Below, in pieces: positions 37,154 to 47,379 of a DNA stretch of 64,000 nt. The stretch's first letter is position 1. Each line of letters starts with the position of its first letter. A program made the translations under genes and the position numbers. The stretch comes from Rickettsiales bacterium (GTDB lineage: Bacteria; Pseudomonadota; Alphaproteobacteria; Rickettsiales; SXRF01). A model generated the notes under the pieces. It did not search any database, was not told the DNA's origin, and worked only from the letters and a program-made list of their open reading frames with translations. The stretch spans positions 3,902 through 67,901 of the forward strand of contig JANRLL010000007.1 in the NCBI GenBank assembly GCA_033762715.1. The letters run 5' to 3'.

Positions 37154-38224
37154 ATGACGAATACAATAAACCCCATGCAAACAGATGGGTTTGAGTTTGT
37201 GGAATATGCGGCGGCTGATCCTGCGCCCTTGGCCCAGCTTTTCACTCAGTTAGGATTTTCTAACATCGCCAAACACCGCTCGAAAAAAGTGACGCTCTGG
37301 CGGCAGGGCGATATTAATTTTATTTTGAATGCGGAAAAAGAAAGCCACGCCGAAGGGTTTTACAATGCGCATGGCTTGTCGGCCAATGCGATGGCGTTTC
37401 GTGTCAAAGATGCGGCTGCTGCGATCAAGCGTGCCAAATCGCTGGGTGCTGAGGTGATCGAGCCCAAAGTAGGGCCGATGGAGCTTGCGATCCCTGCCAT
37501 TCGCGGCATCGGCAATAGCTTGCTCTATCTGGTGGATCGCTACGGCGAGCAGTCGATTTACGATATTGATTTTGTGCCGCTGCCAGGCGTCAACCAAAAG
37601 CCTGAAGGTGTTGGCTTGGCTTATATCGACCATCTGACGCATAACGTGTATCGCGGGCAGATGGATAAATGGGCGGGTTTCTACAGCGATTTATTTAACT
37701 TCCGCGAGATTCGCTATTTCGATATTGAGGGCAAACTCACCGGCCTGAAAAGCCGCGCCATGACCAGCCCCTGCGGCAAAATCCGCATCCCGATCAATGA
37801 ATCCTCTGACGATAAATCGCAGATCGAGGAATATTTGCGCGAATATAAGGGCGAGGGTATCCAACATATCGCACTTGCCACCCACGATATTTACGCAACG
37901 GTGGAAGCGCTGCGCAAAAAAAATGTGCGCTTCATGGATGCGCCGCCGCAAACCTATTATGATAATCTGGCCAAGCGCGTGCCGCATCATCGGGAAGATC
38001 TCGCTCGCCTGCAGAAAAATGGCATCTTGGTCGATGGCGCACCCGAATCCAAACCAGGCGCTAATGATGGCGGGATTTTACTACAGATTTTCACCGCTAC
38101 GGTGATCGGCCCCATCTTCTATGAAATTATCCAACGCAAAGGCGATGAAGGTTTTGGCGAAGGTAATTTCAAGGCCTTATTCGAATCGATAGAGGAAGAT
38201 CAGATTAAAAGAGGTGTGTTATAA
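37154..38224 (+). CDS. hppD: 4-hydroxyphenylpyruvate dioxygenase
   Basis: 356 aa. Two VOC modules, GIQHIAL, and C-terminal QRKGDEGFGEGNFKALFESIEEDQIKRGVL typical of HPPD. Confidence 0.93.
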   Translation: MTNTINPMQTDGFEFVEYAAADPAPLAQLFTQLGFSNIAKHRSKKVTLWRQGDINFILNAEKESHAEGFYNAHGLSANAMAFRVKDAAAAIKRAKSLGAEVIEPKVGPMELAIPAIRGIGNSLLYLVDRYGEQSIYDIDFVPLPGVNQKPEGVGLAYIDHLTHNVYRGQMDKWAGFYSDLFNFREIRYFDIEGKLTGLKSRAMTSPCGKIRIPINESSDDKSQIEEYLREYKGEGIQHIALATHDIYATVEALRKKNVRFMDAPPQTYYDNLAKRVPHHREDLARLQKNGILVDGAPESKPGANDGGILLQIFTATVIGPIFYEIIQRKGDEGFGEGNFKALFESIEEDQIKRGVL

Positions 38225-39224
38225 TATCTTTATACGTATCTGTATGGCGGCCTTGATAGGCAGCGCCCGCATCAGCTGCTTCGCGGATGGCGCTATCGGC
38301 TTGAATGGTGCCCAAAAACGATGCGGCGATGTCGCTTGCAAGCTGCTTGCCGCCGCCACTGCCGAATAATTCACCGCTCATATTTTCAATCACGCCTAAA
38401 ATTTTTACCCCTAGCTTTTGGAAGGTGAGGGCTGCTTTCATCGCATCGATCACCGCAACCTGCTGTGGTGTGGTAACGATAATAGCGCCGTGTAAAGGCA
38501 CTTGTTGTGCGATGCTAATATGCACATCCCCCGTGCCTGGCGGCATATCCACCAGCAGGTAATCCAGTGGTTCTTGTGCGCTGCCCCAGCGTGTCATGCG
38601 TAGCATTTGCGTGAGTGTTTTGGAAATCATCGGCCCGCGTAAAATAGCCGCACTATCGCCCATGATAAACCCTACCGACATGGCCTTAATGCCAGCGGCG
38701 ATGAAAGGCTGCATCTTGCCATCTACGATCTCGGGCTGGCCGGAAAGCCCTAGCAGCCGGGGGATAGACGGGCCGTAAATATCCGCATCCAAAATACCCA
38801 CGCGCTTGCCGGCGGCGTGTAGTGCCCGTGCGAGATTTACCGTGGTGGTGGATTTGCCGACACCGCCCTTGCCGGAGGCGATGGCAATGACGCGCCCGAT
38901 ATGCTCTAGGGGTGTTAAATTCCACTGCGCCCGCTCGCGTGGTTGGGTGTAGCCGCTTTGCGGGCTGGGAGGGATAGGATCACTGTTTTGCGCGGTCAGC
39001 ACGGCGGTGACCTTGGTAATACCGGGTAAGGCAAGCACCGCTTGCTCGCAGGCATCACGCAAATAGGCTTTTTCTTCTTTATCTTTAGGGTCGATGGTAA
39101 TTAAAAATCCAGCCTTGCCATCGCGGTAAAAAATACCCGACACCAAGCCGCTTTCAATCACGTCTTGGCCGCTTGTGCGATCGATAATCTGGCGTAAAGC
39201 TTCTTTGATGGTTTGTTCGTTCAT
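38205..39224 (-). CDS. apbC: Fe-S cluster carrier ATPase (Mrp/ApbC/NBP35 family)
   Basis: N-terminal DUF59-like domain and deviant Walker A ASGKGGVGKSTTT. 3' end overlaps hppD by 20 nt. Confidence 0.9.
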   Translation of the reverse strand: MNEQTIKEALRQIIDRTSGQDVIESGLVSGIFYRDGKAGFLITIDPKDKEEKAYLRDACEQAVLALPGITKVTAVLTAQNSDPIPPSPQSGYTQPRERAQWNLTPLEHIGRVIAIASGKGGVGKSTTTVNLARALHAAGKRVGILDADIYGPSIPRLLGLSGQPEIVDGKMQPFIAAGIKAMSVGFIMGDSAAILRGPMISKTLTQMLRMTRWGSAQEPLDYLLVDMPPGTGDVHISIAQQVPLHGAIIVTTPQQVAVIDAMKAALTFQKLGVKILGVIENMSGELFGSGGGKQLASDIAASFLGTIQADSAIREAADAGAAYQGRHTDTYKDIITHLF

Positions 39225-39298
39225 CGTCTATGACTTGAAATATCCTGTGAATTGTACCTATATAGTGGCAAACATTCTTTCGCGAAAGGGATACGCGC

Positions 39299-40420
39299 AT
39301 GGCGGGCTGGCAAGGCGGCAATCAACAAGGGCCGTGGGGATCTCCTCCTGGCGGCGGCGGGCCACAGCGTCCTGGCGGTGGGGGTGGTATGCCACCTGGC
39401 CCGGATATTGATGCTCTGCTACGCAAGTTGCAAGAATCACTTGGGAATTTTACACCCGGTCAAGGCAAGCATGGTGGCAAAGGCATTGTGCTGACGCTGC
39501 TGATTATCGGTCTGCTCTGGCTGTCATCGGGTGTCTATATTGTAAAGCCGGATGAGCAAGGGGTGGTGATGCGCTTCGGCAAATATCATCGTACCACGCA
39601 ATCAGGTCTTAACTTCCATCTGCCCTATCCGATTGAAAGTGCGCTTACCCCGCGCGTGACCGTGGTGAACCGCGTCGAAGTGGGCTACCGTTCAGGCCTG
39701 GCTCGCAGCGGTAAACATAGCGATGCGTCGGTGCCGGAAGAAAGCCTGATGCTCACTGGCGATGAAAATATCGTCGATATTAATTTCGAGGTGCAGTGGA
39801 AAATCAATAACGCCTCTGACTTCCTCTTTAATGTGCGCAATCCCGAAGCCACGGTGAAAGCCGTAGCCGAAAGTGCTATGCGCGAAGCCATCGGCAAAAG
39901 CGAGATTGCAACGGTACTGACCACCGGCCGCGAAAACGTGGCGCTGGCGACACAAAAATTGATGCAAGATACGCTCGATAGCTACAAGGCCGGCATTCAA
40001 CTGGTGAGCGTCAATTTGCGCGATGCCAATCCGCCGGCACAAGTAGTGGATGCATTTTTAGATGTGCAATCGGCGCGGGTGGATATGGAAACCGCGCGCA
40101 ACCAGGCCGAAGCCTACCGCAACGACATTCTGCCGCGCGCTCGTGGTGAAGCCGAAAAGCTGGTGCTCGATGCCGAAGCCTATAAACAGGAAGTGGTAGC
40201 ACGCTCGCGCGGTGAAGCCTCGCGCTTTAGTGCAGTCTATAACGAATATAAGCAAGCCAAAGACGTTACCAAAAAACGCATGTATCTAGAAACCATGGAA
40301 GATATTATGCGTGGCATGACCAAAGTCATTATGGATAGTAAAGCAAGTAATGGCGTGGTGCCTTATATGCCGCTGCCAGAACTCAAAGCCAAAGCGGCGC
40401 AACAGGAGCATAAACCATGA
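39299..40420 (+). CDS. hflK: FtsH protease modulator HflK
   Basis: Gly/Pro-rich N-terminus, one TM and an SPFH/band-7 domain. ATGA overlap with hflC. Confidence 0.9.
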   Translation: MAGWQGGNQQGPWGSPPGGGGPQRPGGGGGMPPGPDIDALLRKLQESLGNFTPGQGKHGGKGIVLTLLIIGLLWLSSGVYIVKPDEQGVVMRFGKYHRTTQSGLNFHLPYPIESALTPRVTVVNRVEVGYRSGLARSGKHSDASVPEESLMLTGDENIVDINFEVQWKINNASDFLFNVRNPEATVKAVAESAMREAIGKSEIATVLTTGRENVALATQKLMQDTLDSYKAGIQLVSVNLRDANPPAQVVDAFLDVQSARVDMETARNQAEAYRNDILPRARGEAEKLVLDAEAYKQEVVARSRGEASRFSAVYNEYKQAKDVTKKRMYLETMEDIMRGMTKVIMDSKASNGVVPYMPLPELKAKAAQQEHKP

Positions 40421-41343
40421 GCACCAGACAAATTATCGCGCTTATTCTGCTTGCATCTGTTGCTTTTGTCGGTGTCAGCAGTGTCTTTATCGTCGACCAA
40501 ACCGAACAGGCTTTAGTGTTGGAATTTGGCAGCAAACCGGTGCGCATCGTGCGCGATCCTGGGCTTAACGTCAAAATGCCCTTCGTGCAGAATGTTGAAT
40601 ATTACGACAAGCGCTTGCTCGATTTCGATGCGGAATCAAAAGTGGTTACCGCTGCTGATCAAAAGCGCCTAGTGGTGGATGCCTTTGTGCGTTATCGCAT
40701 TATCGATCCATTGCTCTTCCGCCAAACGGCGCTCAATGAACAAGGCATGCGCGCACGCTTGAACTCGATTCTAGAGTCAACGCTGCGCATGGTGATTGGT
40801 CGTGTGCCGCTGGGTAATGTGGTGTCGGCTGATCGTAATGCTACGATGGAGCGTATCCGCAACCTGGTGAATGCACAGGCACGTGGCGCGAAACTAAATG
40901 AAGATGGCAGCTTGTCGAAATCAGGCGGCGATAATTACGGGATTGAAGTGGTGGATGTGCGCATCATGCGTGCGGATCTGCCGTCGGAAAACTCGGAAAG
41001 CATTTATCAGCGCATGAAAACCGAACGCGAACGCGAAGCCAAAGAATTTCGTGCTCGCGGTGCGGAAGATGCACAAAAGATTCGCTCGCAAGCCGATAAG
41101 GAACGCACCATTCTTTTAGCTGAAGCACGCAAGAAAGCTGAAATTACGCGTGGTGAAGGCGAAGGGGAAGCAACTAAGATTTTTGCGCAAAGCTTTGGTC
41201 AGGATCAGGAGTTCTTTGCCTTCTATCGCTCGCTGCAAGCTTATCGCAAAACCTTAAACGCCCAAGATACCACTGTGGTGTTGTCGCCGGATGGAGAGTT
41301 CTTGAAATTTCTTGATAAATCAAGCGCTTTACCGGCAAGATAG
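40417..41343 (+). CDS. hflC: FtsH protease modulator HflC
   Basis: N-terminal TM, SPFH domain (FIVDQTEQALVLEFG), then a charged coiled region. Confidence 0.9.
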   Translation: MSTRQIIALILLASVAFVGVSSVFIVDQTEQALVLEFGSKPVRIVRDPGLNVKMPFVQNVEYYDKRLLDFDAESKVVTAADQKRLVVDAFVRYRIIDPLLFRQTALNEQGMRARLNSILESTLRMVIGRVPLGNVVSADRNATMERIRNLVNAQARGAKLNEDGSLSKSGGDNYGIEVVDVRIMRADLPSENSESIYQRMKTEREREAKEFRARGAEDAQKIRSQADKERTILLAEARKKAEITRGEGEGEATKIFAQSFGQDQEFFAFYRSLQAYRKTLNAQDTTVVLSPDGEFLKFLDKSSALPAR

Positions 41344-41389
41344 GTTTTATTAACGTCCCTTTGCTATAATGGGCCGTTGGTACATACCT

Positions 41390-42148
41390 ATGGCAAAAAC
41401 CACTAAAACGGACGCACCTAAAGCGCGCAAACCACGTCGGCAAAAAGCTGTGCATGCTGAGCACGGCGAATGGACGCGCGACATGCGCGATGGAAAAACG
41501 GTGGGTTACACTGGCCGCTTCGATGATTATGATCATGCTTTCGGCACGGCGTCCTATTTTAACAATAGCGGCATTTCGCACCGGCTGGTGGAACCATACC
41601 GCGATGATAACGGGTTGTATGTCGTTGCGATTCACCGTGATAATGACGAACGCATCGAACGCTTCGAACGCTTTGCGCAAAACCATGATTTTCTGCCGCC
41701 GCTACCGGCGCGCGCGCCGGGCCAAAAGCCCGAGAAAAACTATGCGCCTCGCACGCTTGCATTTAGGCAAGCACCTGAGGATTTATGCCGTCGCCTGACT
41801 AATGCCTTGAATTGGCAGGTGATTGGCGATTGGCCGGCACCGGAGACGGCGCTGCTGGTCACCCAGGATGCCGCTGTTGCCTTTCAGGTGGCGCATTATT
41901 TAAAAGAGCAGGGCTTTATCAGCGAGCGCGAATTCTGGGATCATAATACCCATATTAAACATGATTGGGATAAGCGAGCCGAGCTAGGCGAGCTGGAATT
42001 TCGCCTCTCGATCGATCCTGATCAGTATGCGCGTTTTGCCGAAACCCATGCCAAGGCGCTGGAGGCCAAACCGCCCATGCGCCAGGGATGGGAAAAAGCA
42101 GTCCATAATCTGTCGGGCATTCGCACCGCTTCTTTGCGCACCCATTAA
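41390..42148 (+). CDS. hypothetical protein (basic N-terminus)
   Basis: About 252 aa from MAKTTKTDAPKARKPRRQK; the ORF track starts at 41369. TATAAT at 41365-41370. No motif recognised. Confidence 0.5.
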   Translation: MAKTTKTDAPKARKPRRQKAVHAEHGEWTRDMRDGKTVGYTGRFDDYDHAFGTASYFNNSGISHRLVEPYRDDNGLYVVAIHRDNDERIERFERFAQNHDFLPPLPARAPGQKPEKNYAPRTLAFRQAPEDLCRRLTNALNWQVIGDWPAPETALLVTQDAAVAFQVAHYLKEQGFISEREFWDHNTHIKHDWDKRAELGELEFRLSIDPDQYARFAETHAKALEAKPPMRQGWEKAVHNLSGIRTASLRTH

Positions 42149-42231
42149 AACAATTCATTTTCCCGCTCTTGAGAAGTCAGAAATGACGCCTATATTTAGG
42201 CGCATTCCTTTCATTCATAGTGAGGTTTGTT

Positions 42232-43716
42232 ATGTCGCTATTTCGTCTGGTTTGTTTCACGATCGCGCTGGGCACTTCGCTACCGGCTGCCGCGCAACAA
42301 GCAACAACGCCTATGCCAGGCGGGTTTGCCGATCTGGTGGAAAAATTGTCACCGGCGGTGGTGAATATTTCCACCACGCAAAAAGTCAGACAAGCCCAGC
42401 CCATGACCGGCATGCCGTTTCAAGGTCTGCCCCCTGGCTTTGAGATGATGCCGGAGATGGAGCCGTTTCGTGAATTTTTTGATCGCTTCGGTCAGATGCA
42501 ACGCGAACAGCCGGAGCGCGAACTCTATTCGCTGGGCTCAGGTTTTGTCATTGATCCCAAGGGTTATGTGATCACCAATTACCATGTGGTGGATGATGCG
42601 CAGGTGATTAATGTGACCTTCAGCGATAACAGCAAGTACAAAGCAGCCGTGATCGGTCGTGATAAAAAAACCGATCTGGCCTTGCTTAAAATTGAACCCA
42701 AAAAAGACCTGCCCTTTGTGCCGATGGGTGATTCGGATGCGATGCGCGTAGGCGATTGGGTGATTGCCATCGGCAACCCGTTTGGCCTGGGCGGCTCGGT
42801 GACGCAAGGTATTATCTCGGCGCGCCAACGCAGCATCAATGCGGGGCCGTTTGATGATTTTCTGCAAACCGACGCACCGATTAATCGTGGCAATTCGGGC
42901 GGACCGCTTTTTAACACCAAAGGCGAAGTGATTGGTATTACCACGGCGATTTTTTCGCCCACCGGTGGTTCAGTGGGCATCGGGTTTGCCATTCCCACGG
43001 CGTTGGCTAAACCCATCATTGCGCAGCTGAAAGAATTTGGCAAAACCCATCGCGGTTGGCTGGGTGTGAAAATTCAGGAAGTGTCGGAAGAGGTTGCCAA
43101 TAGTGTTGGCCTCGATAAAGCCAAAGGCGCCTTGGTGCTGGATGTAGGCAAAGACAGCCCTGCCGATAAGGCCGGTCTGCAAGCCGGAGACATCATCACA
43201 CAGCTTGATGGCAAAGATATCACCGAGATGCGTTTCTTGCCGCGTATGGTGGCGGAAGCCAAAATCGGCAAAAAAGTGCCAATCACCTATTGGCGCAAAA
43301 ACGTGGCCAAAACCACCAGCATTACCATTGGCGAGCTGGATGAAAAAGCCGATGATGTGGATGCGAAGCTCACTTCCGATGAGCTCAAAGACAAGGATAT
43401 GGTGCCTGGCTCAGAAGCCTTGCTTGGCATGGATCTGACACCAGCTTCGCCTGGGCTTCATCAGCGTTATCGCTTGGAGGAGAAGGTGGTGGGTCTGGTG
43501 GTAGTGGGTGTGAAACCAACCTCGGAAGCAGCCAAGCGCGGTGTGCAGCCGGGCGATGTGCTGGTGGAAGCCAATGGTGAAGTGCTTAAAGCAGCTGCCG
43601 ATTTGAAAAAAGCGATTGAGGCGACGCGCGCGCAGAAACGTAAATTCATGTTGGTGAAAATTCACCGCAACAAAGAAGATGCGTTTGTGCCGCTGCCGGT
43701 AGATGAAGAAAAGTGA
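42232..43716 (+). CDS. degP: periplasmic serine endoprotease DegP/HtrA (two PDZ domains)
   Basis: Signal peptide MSLFRLVCFTIALGTSLPAAA. Catalytic-triad context TNYHVV, DLALLK and GNSGGPL. Two PDZ-like C-terminal repeats. Confidence 0.9.
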   Translation: MSLFRLVCFTIALGTSLPAAAQQATTPMPGGFADLVEKLSPAVVNISTTQKVRQAQPMTGMPFQGLPPGFEMMPEMEPFREFFDRFGQMQREQPERELYSLGSGFVIDPKGYVITNYHVVDDAQVINVTFSDNSKYKAAVIGRDKKTDLALLKIEPKKDLPFVPMGDSDAMRVGDWVIAIGNPFGLGGSVTQGIISARQRSINAGPFDDFLQTDAPINRGNSGGPLFNTKGEVIGITTAIFSPTGGSVGIGFAIPTALAKPIIAQLKEFGKTHRGWLGVKIQEVSEEVANSVGLDKAKGALVLDVGKDSPADKAGLQAGDIITQLDGKDITEMRFLPRMVAEAKIGKKVPITYWRKNVAKTTSITIGELDEKADDVDAKLTSDELKDKDMVPGSEALLGMDLTPASPGLHQRYRLEEKVVGLVVVGVKPTSEAAKRGVQPGDVLVEANGEVLKAAADLKKAIEATRAQKRKFMLVKIHRNKEDAFVPLPVDEEK

Positions 43717-43789
43717 TCTTTATGTTGCCTCCAGTATTGTCTGCTGACGCTCACATGGAGCACCGCTTCGCGGGCTGATGGCTCACGAT

Positions 43790-44665
43790 CTACTGATCGT
43801 TCAATCCTTGTGTGTAGATAAGGGCGCTTAGATCGCAGTGATTGAGCTGATGCTGCGCTTGCGCACGTACGGTGGGCTTGGCGTGGTAAGCAACACCTAA
43901 GCCTGCTGCAAGCAGCATCGGCAAATCATTGGCGCCGTCACCAATGGCCAGCACATCATCCGCAGTAATACCCAGCTTTTCACATGATGCATGTAGGGTA
44001 GCAAGCTTAGCCTCTTTACCTAAAATAGGCATCGCAACCTCACCGGTCAGCGCCCCGTCTTTGATGATCAGCTGGTTGGAATAATCTTCATGGAAGCCCA
44101 GTGCTTCACGCACGCGCGAGGTGAAAAAAGTAAATCCCCCTGAGACTAAAATACTATGGCCGCCAGCCTTGTTATGCGCAGCAAGCAAGGCTTTCGCGCC
44201 TGCCATCATTTTCACGCGCGCATCATAACATTCCTGCAGCGCTTCTTGCGGCAGGCCTTTAAGCAACGCGACACGCGCGATCAGCGCCTGTTCAAAATTC
44301 AACTCGCCATTCATAGCGCGTTCGGTCACTTCCGACACCTCGGCTTTTTTGCCCACAAAATCAGCCAGCTCATCAATGCACTCCACCGTGATCATGGTCG
44401 AATCCATATCGCTGATGAGCAGTTTTTTGCGGCGTGTGGCGACTTCTTGCACAATCGCATCATAGGGCTGATCGGCCAGAATAGTGCGAATCGTAGCCGC
44501 CAGCGCATGCGAGGTAAACAGGTCGCAGGCCACGGCCTGCTTGCGCCATTGGATCTTTTCAACCGTTATATCATGTAAGGTCAGCGATGGCAGCAGGCCT
44601 TCGATAAAGGCATTATCAAGTGGAGCTTTATCCAAATCGGCAAGAATGGTAATAACATCGGTCAT
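43790..44665 (-). CDS. serB: phosphoserine phosphatase
   Basis: HAD motif I LLISDMDSTMI, later GDGANDLPM. I chose the start at MTDVITIL (44665); the ORF track extends to 44677. Confidence 0.85.
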   Translation of the reverse strand: MTDVITILADLDKAPLDNAFIEGLLPSLTLHDITVEKIQWRKQAVACDLFTSHALAATIRTILADQPYDAIVQEVATRRKKLLISDMDSTMITVECIDELADFVGKKAEVSEVTERAMNGELNFEQALIARVALLKGLPQEALQECYDARVKMMAGAKALLAAHNKAGGHSILVSGGFTFFTSRVREALGFHEDYSNQLIIKDGALTGEVAMPILGKEAKLATLHASCEKLGITADDVLAIGDGANDLPMLLAAGLGVAYHAKPTVRAQAQHQLNHCDLSALIYTQGLNDQ

Positions 44666-45517
44666 ATGGGTTCGCATATTGTGATAGTCGCCGGTCCTAC
44701 GGCAAGTGGAAAATCGGCTCGTGCGCTTTCTCTAGCGCAAAAGCACGGCGGTGTCATTATCAATGCCGACAGTCAGCAGCTTTACCAGGAGTTGCGTGTC
44801 GTCACCGCCAGGCCTAGCGCCGAGGAAGAAGCGCTGGTGCCGCATAAGCTCTACGGCTTTTTAAGCGGCGCACAATCTTGTTCGGCTGGAAAATGGCTGA
44901 TATGGGCCAAGATGGAAATTGATTGGGCACTTTCACATGGTCTGACGCCGATAGTGGTGGGTGGCACCGGACTCTATCTCAAAGCGCTGATGCAAGGCAT
45001 TGCTGCTATTCCTGATATTGATGCGGCGGTGCGAGCGCAAGCCGCTAATGATTATGAGGCGATGGGTAAGGAAGCTTTCATCGAGCGGCTGCGTGCCGTC
45101 GATCCGGCCTTTTTCGAGCGCTTGAAAGTCTATGATCGCCAGCGGCTGATTCGGGCTTATGAGGTATGGCTGGGCAGCGGCAAGCCACTGAGTTTCTGGC
45201 AACAGCAAACAGCCGCGTCTGCTTATGCGCCCGAGCAGTTTCAGCTTGAGCGGGTGGAAATAGACCGCGAAACCCTTTACCAGCGCTGTAATGCGCGGTT
45301 TCTAGCCATGATCGAGCAAGGTGCTATCGACGAGGTTAAGCAATTGTTATTGATGAATTTACCGGCTGATATGCCCGTCATGAAATCACTGGGGGTGCCA
45401 GAATTATCCGCCTATATTCAAGGCAAAATACCCTTAGAAACCGCCATTGAGAAGGCCCAACAAACCACCCGCAACTATGCCAAGCGCCAACTGACCTGGT
45501 TTCGCCATCAATTATAG
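44666..45517 (+). CDS. miaA: tRNA dimethylallyltransferase
   Basis: P-loop AGPTASGKS. Contains INADSQQLYQELRVVTARP and C-terminal YAKRQLTWFR. Confidence 0.9.
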   Translation: MGSHIVIVAGPTASGKSARALSLAQKHGGVIINADSQQLYQELRVVTARPSAEEEALVPHKLYGFLSGAQSCSAGKWLIWAKMEIDWALSHGLTPIVVGGTGLYLKALMQGIAAIPDIDAAVRAQAANDYEAMGKEAFIERLRAVDPAFFERLKVYDRQRLIRAYEVWLGSGKPLSFWQQQTAASAYAPEQFQLERVEIDRETLYQRCNARFLAMIEQGAIDEVKQLLLMNLPADMPVMKSLGVPELSAYIQGKIPLETAIEKAQQTTRNYAKRQLTWFRHQL

Positions 45518-45594
45518 GTAGGTTTTGATTGACCTCTATAGCATAAAACATTACTTTTAGCGCCCTTTTATAAGGAAAAAGCGCAGTATTGACC

Positions 45595-47379
45595 ATGAAG
45601 CAGGCGGCACAAAAAATTGAACAATCACAGGAAGAAATTCCTGGTGCAGAAATCATCATCAAGGCCTTAGTCGATGAGGGCACGGATGTGATGTTTGGCT
45701 ATCCGGGTGGTGCGGTGCTGCCGGTCTACGATGCGCTGTTCAAACAAAATCAGTTGCGCCACGTATTGGTGCGCCATGAGCAAGCAGCAACCCATGCTGC
45801 CGAAGGCTATGCACGCTCAACCGGCAAGGTGGGTGTGGTACTGGTTACGTCGGGCCCGGGTGCAACCAATGCAGTAACCGGTCTTACCGATGCGCTGCTC
45901 GACTCCATCCCGCTGGTATGCATCACCGGTCAGGTGCCGACGCATTTGATTGGATCGGACGCGTTCCAGGAAGCAGACACCACCGGCATTACGCGCTCGT
46001 GCACCAAACATAACTACCTGGTGCGCAGCATCGACGAATTGCAATCGATTATCCATGAGGCGTTTCATATCGCCCGCACCGGACGCCCTGGTCCCGTGGT
46101 GATCGATATTCCCAAAAACATCATGAATCAGCTGGGCTCTTATCAAGGCAAGCAGCCGGTGATTCGCCATTCCTACAATCCGCCACGCGAAGGCGAAAAT
46201 GAGCAAATCAAAAAAGCGATTGCGCTGATGGCGAAAGCCAAACGCCCGATTTTCTATGTCGGAGGTGGCGTCATCAATGCTGGCGCGCAAGCCTGCGCGG
46301 CGCTCACTGAATTTGTGCGACTGACCGGATTTCCTTGCACCAATACGCTGATGGGCTTGGGCGCATTTCCTGGCACCGATCCACAATTTGTCGGCATGCT
46401 CGGCATGCATGGCAGCTTGGAAGCCAATATGGGCATGGCCAAATGCGACGTGATGATCAATATTGGCGCACGCTTCGATGACCGCGTGACTGGAAAGCTG
46501 GATGCGTTTTCCGTCGATTCCAAAAAAATCCATGTCGATATCGACCCCAGCTCGATTAATAAAAACGTGCATGCGCATGTGCCTATTATTGGCGATGCAG
46601 GCGTGGTGATTGAGCAAATGATTGCCGAATGGAAAAAACAAAAAATCCAGCCGGACAAAAAAGCACTCGCCGAGTGGTGGGAACAAATTGAAAGCTGGCG
46701 CTCGAAAAAAAGCTTCAGCTACAAACAAGGCGATAAAGTCATCAAGCCGCAATATGCGCTCGATCGCCTCTATGAACTGACCAAAGGCGATGGCACCTAT
46801 GTGACGACCGATGTCGGCCAGCATCAAATGTGGGCCGCGCAATTCTTGAAATTCGACCAGCCGAATCGCTGGATGACTTCAGGCGGATTGGGCACGATGG
46901 GCTACGGCTTGCCGTCGGCCATGGGCGTGCAGATTGCGCATCCCGATGCGCTAACCGTGTGCGTCACCGGTGAGGCGAGCATCATGATGAATATTCAAGA
47001 GCTTTCTACCCTGATGCAGTACCGCCTGCCGGTGAAAATTTTCATTCTCAATAACCGCTATATGGGCATGGTGCGCCAGTGGCAGGAAATGTTCCACGGC
47101 TGCCGCTACTCGGAATCCTATATGGATAGCTTGCCCGATTTCGTGAAGCTTGCCGAAGCCTACGGCATGACCGGCTTGCGCTGCGAGAAAGTGGCCGATG
47201 TTGATAAAACCATCAAAGAAATGATGGCCATCAAAGGACCGGTGATTGTTGATATGATGGTCGATCAAAATGAAAACGTCTATCCGATGATTCCTGCCGG
47301 TGCGGCGCATTATGAGCTGGTATTGGGGCCGACGGATGGCGACGGCAAAGGTGAAATCAAATCGAAGGATTTACTCTGA
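45595..47379 (+). CDS. ilvB: acetolactate synthase (AHAS) large subunit
   Basis: N-terminus GAEIIIKALVDEGTDVMFGYPGGAVLPVYDAL. TPP motif GGLGTMGYGLPSAMG...NNRYMGMV. The ORF track starts at TTG 45589. Confidence 0.95.
   Translation: MKQAAQKIEQSQEEIPGAEIIIKALVDEGTDVMFGYPGGAVLPVYDALFKQNQLRHVLVRHEQAATHAAEGYARSTGKVGVVLVTSGPGATNAVTGLTDALLDSIPLVCITGQVPTHLIGSDAFQEADTTGITRSCTKHNYLVRSIDELQSIIHEAFHIARTGRPGPVVIDIPKNIMNQLGSYQGKQPVIRHSYNPPREGENEQIKKAIALMAKAKRPIFYVGGGVINAGAQACAALTEFVRLTGFPCTNTLMGLGAFPGTDPQFVGMLGMHGSLEANMGMAKCDVMINIGARFDDRVTGKLDAFSVDSKKIHVDIDPSSINKNVHAHVPIIGDAGVVIEQMIAEWKKQKIQPDKKALAEWWEQIESWRSKKSFSYKQGDKVIKPQYALDRLYELTKGDGTYVTTDVGQHQMWAAQFLKFDQPNRWMTSGGLGTMGYGLPSAMGVQIAHPDALTVCVTGEASIMMNIQELSTLMQYRLPVKIFILNNRYMGMVRQWQEMFHGCRYSESYMDSLPDFVKLAEAYGMTGLRCEKVADVDKTIKEMMAIKGPVIVDMMVDQNENVYPMIPAGAAHYELVLGPTDGDGKGEIKSKDLL

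Noticed and set aside
39299-39420. Gly/Pro-rich repetitive 5' region of hflK (GGNQQGPWGSPPGGGGPQRPGGGGGMPPGP) as a possible tandem repeat or separate feature
   Set aside because: Low-complexity Gly/Pro N-termini are common in HflK. The region is in frame and continuous with the SPFH domain.
45817-46842. 341-aa ORF on the minus strand inside ilvB
   Set aside because: It lies entirely antisense to a highly conserved AHAS large-subunit gene. Its composition (Arg/Ala/His-rich, no motif) is typical of a shadow ORF in moderately GC-rich coding sequence.
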